A stretch of 48,748 bases of DNA, taken from Candidatus Bipolaricaulia bacterium (GTDB lineage Bacteria > Bipolaricaulota > Bipolaricaulia > JBHIAT01). Below are positions 39,201-45,691 of the stretch, piece after piece. The stretch is from assembly GCA_046758705.1 (NCBI GenBank), contig JBHIAT010000006.1, forward strand, positions 1 to 48,748, read 5' to 3'. Position 1 is the first letter of the stretch, and each line of letters opens with the position of its first letter. The notes beneath the pieces were generated by a model, which searched no databases, was not told the origin of the DNA, and saw only the letters and a program-made list of their open reading frames with translations. The position numbers were made by a program, and so were the translations under genes.

Positions 39201-40250
39201 ACGGTCGATGATACGGAACAGGCCAGCTAGATCGTTCCAGATGTCGTCGGATACTGTGCTCAGTGTCTCACCTCGATCTAGCCGCTCGGCTACTTCGCGC
39301 TTGATACGAGTCAAGCTATAGCGATAGTAGCCGTGTCGATCGTCCATAGGTAATAGCGCCCGTGCCTCAGCATGCAGCAGGAACAATAGCCGGTACAGCA
39401 GGCGCAGTGTACCCTGATAGATCTCGTTCAGGTTCTCCTCGGTCTCGACAGGAACATCGCCATTGGTGCGCTGATACTCTAGAAAACCCGTCGCCAGGTG
39501 GATAAAGATTTGTTCGAAGATGAGGTCCTTGAGGCGCGCCTCCAGTTCGGTGCCGTAGGTGACCGAGCCTTCGTACACGGATTCCAGGAAGCTTTGGTCG
39601 GTCTGAGGATCCCTCTCGAAGGCCGCCGTCCGGAAGAAGAGGTAGAAGTAGCGGAACGCGTCGAGGTCGTCCGATTCCAGAATGCGCTGCAAATCCACCT
39701 CGAAGTAGGTATCAATCCGCGAGCGGGCGCGGGCGTAGTACAGCCGCCACAACTGGCCGTTGGTCAACACACCCCAATCGACGTCGGTGGCCACCAGGTA
39801 GTTGACGATCTGGAAGCTGGGGTTGGTGTTACTCAGATCATCGCGAGAATCGTCCACTTTGTGATCCAGCGGCCGACCCCAGTATTTGGCATCAGCCACG
39901 GCCGCGGCGCGGGCATAGAAAGCTTCTTGTTGTTCGCGGAGCTGATGGGCTTCAGTTCGCGCCTGAGAACTGGTGAACAGAGCATAGTCAGGCCGATTGC
40001 GTTGGCCCTGCTTCGTTGCTGAGGTCTGGACGATAAACTCGAAACCCAGTACGTCGTGTAGTAGCGGTTGGATAAACTCAGCTTCAGTCTGTGCCTCGTT
40101 GAGTCCGTCCAGGATGTCCTGCTTCTCATGATACAGCCGGCGAGCGGCTTCAAACGTTGCTGAGATATCCTCAGACCACTCTTTGTGATCACTGAGTCGC
40201 TCCTTCAGGTAGTAGTCGGAGAAGAGCGACCGGTTGTCGTAAACTATCAT
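36201..40250 (-). CDS. Type IIG (Eco57I-like) restriction-modification enzyme, fused REase-m6A MTase-TRD
   Basis: N-terminal PD...DAK nuclease; RYNGGLF, LGSIYEGLL, GSYYTP, DPAMGSGHF, GVDLNP, FFHWELEFPEVF and GNPPW; TaqI-C-like tail ending in DLIVYRLYGLTEDEI. Confidence 0.9.
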   Translation of the reverse strand: MIVYDNRSLFSDYYLKERLSDHKEWSEDISATFEAARRLYHEKQDILDGLNEAQTEAEFIQPLLHDVLGFEFIVQTSATKQGQRNRPDYALFTSSQARTEAHQLREQQEAFYARAAAVADAKYWGRPLDHKVDDSRDDLSNTNPSFQIVNYLVATDVDWGVLTNGQLWRLYYARARSRIDTYFEVDLQRILESDDLDAFRYFYLFFRTAAFERDPQTDQSFLESVYEGSVTYGTELEARLKDLIFEQIFIHLATGFLEYQRTNGDVPVETEENLNEIYQGTLRLLYRLLFLLHAEARALLPMDDRHGYYRYSLTRIKREVAERLDRGETLSTVSDDIWNDLAGLFRIIDRGDSALNVPRYNGGLFRQDNPNNAFLNDHRMADAYLAPALDLLTRERDLETGQHRFIDYKTLNVEQLGSIYEGLLEFHLRIADQDLAVTKSKGVEIYKPVEEVEKPLKVIQKGKLYLENDKGQRKATGSYYTPHYIVQYIVENTLRPVLEERADRFRELMAEIEPRRERLREIEANLADDRDQADAWVSRWQNEAQGLHWELQPLEKDAFDVLLSIRVCDPAMGSGHFLVYVTDWLAEHLITVLNEFPENPVLSRIADIRERIVKTLIQQEIRVNPEQLKDTNLLKRMVMKRCIYGVDLNPMATELAKLSLWLDSFTMGAPLSFLDHHLKVGNSLIGVKVEEVRQALEAEGTGQIHMFGGPFAGMLTATSLMRDVAGLTDATFEEVEQSAEKYDAFEEAMLPYKRVLDLWVSRHFGNKRAEEFLRFYGQDALKAVVDEDIDLAPEYQKTVDKVRALWRDRRFFHWELEFPEVFIDLERATWKENPGFDTVMGNPPWGASLSKPEQSYLWQSFDSSRATLDSFAMFTEQSIAVLRTRGRLGYIVPSGWQTGKSYTPFRKLILKTSALSRIVNLPYDVFPDAYVDSTIVVGEKRIAIEDASEIITDTVKVLTFKRREKLNQIDNNDPRSNTLDCAAWFSDELDPNDEYAFLSFLSKVELSIAQKVAGCSTSMGKIADIQRGITPFHLKDRKIEETYELGLDGELRRYYYKFSGKKFVKYDKSIAEYKPPRYFRGPRIILRELISRQFQLQAVVVNEDFVTNKSHQSILLQNCDYSLGYLLAILNSNVLSHYHIRSSAIAIRDDFPKIVLDETRNLPVRRIDFTTPVDERERLLKKSQHLYGICMDKGDPDCVTGFVEYQLSQEPERADVVHDLLAWLAEQMIEMHKQKQEEIKGFLHWLEREMGTELENLSGHTIIEEYYDIEGGLDELLDRLSRNTRKIPKLDTRGRQAQELVAKEYEASMDILRPLLARIERTDRLIDLIVYRLYGLTEDEIAIVEGRVE

Positions 40251-40349
40251 GGTTCGTTCCTGTCAAGTCTCTTAAGATGTCAACAAATCTTCACTGATCA
40301 AGCATTAGGTATGGAAAGACTCAATCTCCATTTTTTGGCGCGTTGCGGT

Positions 40350-40592
40350 TCATGCCGAGTCAAGTGTCACCTCAACCTGCGTGCCGGTCGCCTCGTTGAT
40401 GATCAATAACTTGCCGGCATCCACACCCTGCAGCTGCTCGTTAGCATTGAGCAGCTCGATGCCGTAGATCGTCCCATCCGGTGCCAAATTAATGTTGAGT
40501 GCATCACTCACGCGGATGGTCTCCACCTCAGCAGGCTTCTCTTTCAGATGGATGTAGGCGATGTCACATCTCGGATCATAGGTCAACTTCAT
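40350..40592 (-). CDS. DUF2283-family putative antitoxin
   Basis: MKLTYDP..DIAYIHL...GTIYGIELLNA. Confidence 0.8.
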   Translation of the reverse strand: MKLTYDPRCDIAYIHLKEKPAEVETIRVSDALNINLAPDGTIYGIELLNANEQLQGVDAGKLLIINEATGTQVEVTLDSA

Positions 40593-40678
40593 GTCTTACT
40601 CCTTTCTCCTCTATCCTCTTCAGTGGCCCCACGCTCCACCAGTCGAGCCTGAGCATGTGGATGCAAGCGGACCTTCAC
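40589..40678 (-). pseudogene. DUF4258-like toxin remnant (N-terminus joined to gene end)
   Basis: VKVRLHPHAQARLVERGATEED runs immediately into the AGGAG RBS / ATGA overlap of the DUF2283 gene; only 29 codons. Confidence 0.6.
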
Positions 40679-40908
40679 ACTCGCGCACGAGGGTGCCTCC
40701 GCGCGCGCCAGCAGCTCATTTAGATCGTCATTGACGCTCGTCACGCCGAAATCCGGCTCCGTCTGAAACGGACAGCGCAGGTAACGTGGCTCTCGGGCCT
40801 GACCGTTATTATGATATCCCTTACTAAAACGAGCAGCAAATTGCGTTGCGAGCAACAGGGTTTGGCATGGGACTGAGGCAAGTGTATTCTATAAAGATGG
40901 AGGAGTCC

Positions 40909-41109
40909 ATGAACATTGAACAATTGGTGCTGGAGAAACTGCGGGAAGTGTTGGGCTTCGTGGAGTTCCTTGAGTGCAAGAGCGGCACGCCCCGACCATG
41001 GCGCAGCTTGAAAGGGCTCTGGGCTGATCTCGGTGTTCAAATCACCGAGGAAGATATCGATGAGGCCCGACGCGAGATGTGGAGCAACTTTCCCAGAGAG
41101 GATATTTGA
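40909..41109 (+). CDS. DUF2281-like antitoxin (short internal deletion likely)
   Basis: MNIEQLVLEKLRE|VLGFVEFL...SLKGLWADLG..ITEEDIDEARREMW; GGAGG RBS. Confidence 0.7.
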   Translation: MNIEQLVLEKLREVLGFVEFLECKSGTPRPWRSLKGLWADLGVQITEEDIDEARREMWSNFPREDI

Positions 41110-41319
41110 TGGTATCCAAGAAGCTGAAGCGGGCCGGTGATCTCTCCGACCAGGAGCGAGAGATGATCCTCAGCTGGCAGGAGGTCATCGAAGGAATCTT
41201 CCAGATCGACCGGAAGCTGCCAGACGGCTTCACCCTCAAGCAGGATTGAGAAAGTCGGCCGCAACGATCCCTGCCCCTGCGGGAGCGGGAAGAAGTACAA
41301 GCATTGTTGCGGCCGCTGA
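41109..41319 (+). pseudogene. SEC-C domain protein remnant
   Basis: A 46-aa ORF ([22 protein letters not shown]) is followed in another frame by [22 protein letters not shown] (41251-41319), which has no start codon. Confidence 0.7.
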
Positions 41320-41350
41320 AGGCCCCTTGGCAAGCTAGGGCAACGCGTGC

Positions 41351-41752
41351 TTATTTTCCTTCTTTACCTTCTTCCTCTTTCTCCTCCTTGGCTTTCTTCC
41401 CTTTCCCTTTCGCCTCTCTGATCTTCTCGATAAGGTCCGGGATCGTCTCCAGGATCGTCTCCAGCTTGCCGGGCTTGGTGGCCAGCAACGAGACCTGATC
41501 CTTCCGGATGACGATGAACGCGGTCGGCTCGATCTTTACTCCGCCGCCGCCGCCGCCACCACCCCCGGTGGCTCCTTTCTCCTTCTCTGTGCCCTCGCCA
41601 CTCCCGCCGCCGAATCCGATCGAGATCTTCGACACCGGGATGATGGTCGTGTCGGCGACGGTGATCGGATCGCCGATGATCGACTCGGTCTTGGCGACCG
41701 TCTTGATCTCCTCCATGATCGTCCGAATGAGATCCTCCGGTAGTGCAGCCAT
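41351..41752 (-). CDS. GerW/YtfJ-family protein
   Basis: IIGDPI...TIIPVSKISIGFGGGSGEG...GGGGGGGVKIEPTAFIVI. Confidence 0.88.
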   Translation of the reverse strand: MAALPEDLIRTIMEEIKTVAKTESIIGDPITVADTTIIPVSKISIGFGGGSGEGTEKEKGATGGGGGGGGGVKIEPTAFIVIRKDQVSLLATKPGKLETILETIPDLIEKIREAKGKGKKAKEEKEEEGKEGK

Positions 41753-41757
41753 AATGC

Positions 41758-42447
41758 TTAACCCCCTTTTTGTTTTTCTTTTATTTTACTCTTTCGTCTG
41801 CGATTTTTCCACAACACGCGAATAAGGCGCCACTTCGGCAGGGCGAACAACAACCGGATCACCCCGCCGACTGGATGGATCAGCCGCAGGTGAATAGCGA
41901 GTTCGCCGTTCACCGTCGGTCTGTCAGACTCGAAATCCGGCCGGACGGCGAGCGAGATGCTCGGGACCGCGGCATTCAGCGGATAGGTGATACCGGCAAG
42001 CGTCCCGTACAGAAAACCGGTCCATGCGGGATCCGGCGTGGCGATTTGTGCCTCCACATGGAGGCGATCGATCCGGATGCGGCGGATCAGGTTGACGATG
42101 AACCGAAATGCAATCCGGATGACCTCCACGATGAGGTCCCGCTCCCGCCACAGCTGCCGGATGGAGAATCGACCGCGTTTTCGTTTCTTTTTCTTTTTCT
42201 TTTTCGGTTTTTGTTTCTTTTTCTTTTTCGGCTTTCGTCGATCTGTCGCCCGACTGAACACCCTGAGGCCGAACAGGGAGAGCTGGAATCGTTTCCGTTT
42301 CAAGTCGGTACCGATCGTAACGAATAACCATCGGAATGCGATCACCCGGCTTGTCTCGCTCCAGATGACCCTGAAGTGGAACGAGGTGAGCAACCAAACG
42401 ACCAGGAGTGCAAACAAACTGAGAAACGCGATGGCTACCGGGCTCAT
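41758..42447 (-). CDS. DUF2953 (YtfI-like) membrane protein
   Basis: N-terminal TM, Lys-rich linker, DPAWTGFLYG and VRPDF motifs; adjacent to the YtfJ-like gene. Confidence 0.75.
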   Translation of the reverse strand: MSPVAIAFLSLFALLVVWLLTSFHFRVIWSETSRVIAFRWLFVTIGTDLKRKRFQLSLFGLRVFSRATDRRKPKKKKKQKPKKKKKKKRKRGRFSIRQLWRERDLIVEVIRIAFRFIVNLIRRIRIDRLHVEAQIATPDPAWTGFLYGTLAGITYPLNAAVPSISLAVRPDFESDRPTVNGELAIHLRLIHPVGGVIRLLFALPKWRLIRVLWKNRRRKSKIKEKQKGG

Positions 42448-42472
42448 CCGATCGAGATCGTCTCCTCACCCT

Positions 42473-44851
42473 TCAGGTCGATATCTTCGTTACCTCGGCA
42501 AGATCGAGGCGGTTCAGACGGCGCAACGCGGGCAGCTGCGAGATCAGGATCGTGATCAGAACACCGCCGACCACGATCACGTAGCTCCACGGATAGATCT
42601 TCAGTTGCATAGTGAACATCTCGTTGGTGAATGATCCCATCAACTCGTAGGCCATCGCTACTCCAAGCAGCAGCCCCGGTGCCACACTCAGGAATCCGAT
42701 CAGCAAGTTTTCGACGGTGACGAGCCCGACGATCTGTCGGCGCCCACTTCCCAGCGTCCGCATCGTGCCGATCTCCCGTTCCCGCTCCAAGACGTTGACC
42801 GTCACCGTATTAAACACGATTGCAAACGCCATGATCAAGGCGAACCCCAGAATCACCCCCATGAATGCGTAGAACAGGGCGAGGATCTCCCGCCAGTCGG
42901 CGACGATCTCCCGTTTGATCTGGACACCTGATGTGTCGGGAAGGCGGTACAGGGCGACCTGGACCGCTTTCAGATCCGCCTCGTCGACGGAAAGGTACAG
43001 GCCGTTCAACCAGGGCATCGGCGCCCCCATCAGTCGATGCCCATCGGCGAGCGGAATGTAGGCAACCGTTCCCATGATCTCATCGCTGACGCCTGATACG
43101 GTGAACGGTTCCGCTCCCCACGGTGTCTCAACGGTCACCCGATCCGCCTCGTCGACGTTCAGCTCTCGTGTCAGCGGTGGAGTGAGGACAACCTGCCCCG
43201 ATCGCAACGCCGCCTCAGAGCTCATCCCTTCTGGCAATTGGAGTTGGTGTAGCGTTCCGGTTGGCTCCATGGCGATGATCAGCGTTTCCAACTCTCGTGC
43301 TCCGTCCTCCGTCCGGACCGTTCCCGGCAGTTGCAGCGTCGGTTCAACGATCTGAACCCCGTCCCAGGCGGCGATCTGTGCGGTCAGCGAGTCCGGCTGT
43401 GGGCTGGAGAAGTCGACCGCAATATCCCAGCGCTCGATCCGTCGATACTGGCGGTTGAGCATGTGATCCATGCTGTCAAAGAACGCCCAGGTCGCTAACA
43501 ACAAGATGAAGGCAAACATGAGGCCGGTCGCGGTCGATAACGTCCGTCGTCGATTGCGGAACAGATTTCGTAGGGGAATTTTGACCGTCACAGGCAGCGA
43601 AACGAGCCGGGCAAAAAACCTCTCAACCAGCGGGACGTAGCCTTGAACTCGGGTGACCGCTGGATCGAGACGCATCGCCTCCGCTGGCCGCAGCTTGGTG
43701 GCAGCCCGAGCCGGCAGGAAGCCGGCCACCACACAGAAGATGAGACTGAGCAGTGCCCCTTCGACCCATGTTACCGGATAGATGGCCGTTTTCACGAACG
43801 GGATACCCAATTCCGTCGCGTAGATCCGGGTCAGCGCTCCCGAGATCCCCTGACCGAGGGCCAACCCCAGGATGGTGCCGATCAGGGCGACGACCAGCGA
43901 GAAGAGCAGATAGTGACGCAGGACAGAGCGATCGGGGTACCCTAACGCCTTGAACAGGCCGATCTGAGGACGCTGGGCCTGGATCATCCGGCTCAGTGCG
44001 ATGTAGACGGACAGAGCGGCGGCGAGCAAGATGAGTGACGGCAGCATCCAGGCAAGCTCTCGGTACCCCTCCAGATCGAGCTGCAGCGCGGCGTTGCTCG
44101 GCTGATTCTCGCGGGTGATGATCTCCCGTATCCGATAAGGAGCCAGGATCTCCTCGACCGCCGTCAGAGTCGCCCCCCGTTGTGCTCTGTCGGTGACCCG
44201 TAGGGAGACCTGGTTGATGCGATCGCCGAAGCCGATCAGGTCCTGCAACGTCGGCTGCGGGACGAATAGGACGGCGAACTGACGAGGAGAGATCATGATC
44301 TGTCGTTGGCTGGGGGCGAGGATCAGATATTCAGGGCTGGCAGCGATACCGATCGCGTTCAGCGTCATCCGCTCCCCGGCGATGATGGGATGGATGGCCG
44401 TCCCGACCTCGTAGCTGTAGAAGTCGGCGAAGTGACGTTCGAGCAATACCACATCTCGGTCCTCGGCTCGGAAGTACCGGCCCCGTTCCACATGTACGTC
44501 GTTGACCGTCGGATGGCGGTCGGCGGGCAGCCCGATGAGCCGAACTTGACTTCGATCCTGCTCACCCAACCACAGACCGGTATCAACGACTAAGCGCCCC
44601 TCGGCGGCGGCTACTCCCGCCAGCCGGACGATCTCGCCGACGACGCTGGTTGGCGCACCCTCTACAGCGATCGTGGCATCTGCGAAGTTGAGCAGATCGT
44701 AGGTGTGGTTGTAGGAGCGGCTCAGGTTCTGGTAGGCCGCGATCAGTCCGATGAAACTTGCCACCCCCAACATCACAATGACAATCAAGGCAGCAAACTG
44801 ATAGCGATGAACTCGAATATCGCGGAGTACCTTCAGTTGCGGTTTTTTCAT
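42473..44851 (-). CDS. ABC transporter permease, double FtsX/MacB-type
   Basis: Two FtsX units (QRPQIGLFKALGY; ERERE IGTMRTLG) with periplasmic domains. Confidence 0.88.
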   Translation of the reverse strand: MKKPQLKVLRDIRVHRYQFAALIVIVMLGVASFIGLIAAYQNLSRSYNHTYDLLNFADATIAVEGAPTSVVGEIVRLAGVAAAEGRLVVDTGLWLGEQDRSQVRLIGLPADRHPTVNDVHVERGRYFRAEDRDVVLLERHFADFYSYEVGTAIHPIIAGERMTLNAIGIAASPEYLILAPSQRQIMISPRQFAVLFVPQPTLQDLIGFGDRINQVSLRVTDRAQRGATLTAVEEILAPYRIREIITRENQPSNAALQLDLEGYRELAWMLPSLILLAAALSVYIALSRMIQAQRPQIGLFKALGYPDRSVLRHYLLFSLVVALIGTILGLALGQGISGALTRIYATELGIPFVKTAIYPVTWVEGALLSLIFCVVAGFLPARAATKLRPAEAMRLDPAVTRVQGYVPLVERFFARLVSLPVTVKIPLRNLFRNRRRTLSTATGLMFAFILLLATWAFFDSMDHMLNRQYRRIERWDIAVDFSSPQPDSLTAQIAAWDGVQIVEPTLQLPGTVRTEDGARELETLIIAMEPTGTLHQLQLPEGMSSEAALRSGQVVLTPPLTRELNVDEADRVTVETPWGAEPFTVSGVSDEIMGTVAYIPLADGHRLMGAPMPWLNGLYLSVDEADLKAVQVALYRLPDTSGVQIKREIVADWREILALFYAFMGVILGFALIMAFAIVFNTVTVNVLEREREIGTMRTLGSGRRQIVGLVTVENLLIGFLSVAPGLLLGVAMAYELMGSFTNEMFTMQLKIYPWSYVIVVGGVLITILISQLPALRRLNRLDLAEVTKIST

Positions 44852-44864
44852 CCCAACTGCAGCC

Positions 44865-45602
44865 TCACCACTCTAACGCTTCGGCCTCAACTGGATGGGA
44901 ATTCTCGACGACCTCATCGATCCGTCCGTCGCGCAGCTGGATCACCCGATCGGCCATCCGGCCGATGACCGCGTTATGGGTGACGACGATGAACGTCTTC
45001 CCTTCCCGGCGGTTGAGCTCTCTCATCACCTGCAGCACCTGTCTTCCCGTCTTAGAGTCCAGTTCGCCGGTGGGCTCATCGCAGAGCATCAGTGGTGGAT
45101 CTTTGACCAACGCTCGGGCGATCGCGATCCGCTGCTGCTCCCCTCCCGAAAGCTGACTGGGAAAATGGTTGGCCCGTTCACCGAGGCCGACGAGCCCGAG
45201 CAACGCTTCGGTCCGCTCCTGAATTTGATCGCCATCTTTGAAAACCAACTCTGCCGCGAACTCGATGTTCTCCCGGGCGGTGAGCGTCGGGATCAGGTTG
45301 AAGAACTGGAAGATGAAGCCAACCTTCCGGCGGCGATACTCGGTCAGCCGGTGTTCATTAAAGCGTGTGATCTCCACCCCACCCACGATGATGTTTCCCT
45401 CGGTTGGGGTATCAATGCCACCGATCAGGTTCAGGAGCGTTGTCTTGCCCGATCCACTGGGTCCCAGGATCACCAGGAATTCTTCCTGGCCGACCTCCAG
45501 GTCGAGATCCCGTAACGCCGGAACCTCCACCTCTCCACGACGGTAGATCTTGGATATATGTTGTAATCGGACCATCGGGGAATTTGGGTCTGAGTTCAGC
45601 AT
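44865..45602 (-). CDS. ABC transporter ATP-binding protein (LolD/MacB type)
   Basis: GPSGSGKTT, GFIFQFFNLIP, LSGGEQQR and CDEPTGELD; AAGGAGG RBS before ATG 45602. Confidence 0.92.
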   Translation of the reverse strand: MLNSDPNSPMVRLQHISKIYRRGEVEVPALRDLDLEVGQEEFLVILGPSGSGKTTLLNLIGGIDTPTEGNIIVGGVEITRFNEHRLTEYRRRKVGFIFQFFNLIPTLTARENIEFAAELVFKDGDQIQERTEALLGLVGLGERANHFPSQLSGGEQQRIAIARALVKDPPLMLCDEPTGELDSKTGRQVLQVMRELNRREGKTFIVVTHNAVIGRMADRVIQLRDGRIDEVVENSHPVEAEALEW

Positions 45603-45691
45603 CCTGGCCTCCTTGCTTTGTGAGACACCTCTCTTAAGATACCACGATTCGTCCTGAATTGCTATGATCTTTGTCATTCCCAGCGTCGATC

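Noticed and set aside
34649..40829. TTAACTAAAA / CTTACTAAAA as att or dif sites bounding the defence islet
   Set aside because: Match too short and AT-rich, with no palindromic partner arm and no integrase.
41251..41319. SEC-C motif as the end of secA
   Set aside because: No SecA ATPase sequence upstream; an in-frame stop lies at 41164.
42178..42230. T-rich tract resembling a terminator or SSR
   Set aside because: It encodes the Lys-rich linker of the DUF2953 protein on the minus strand.
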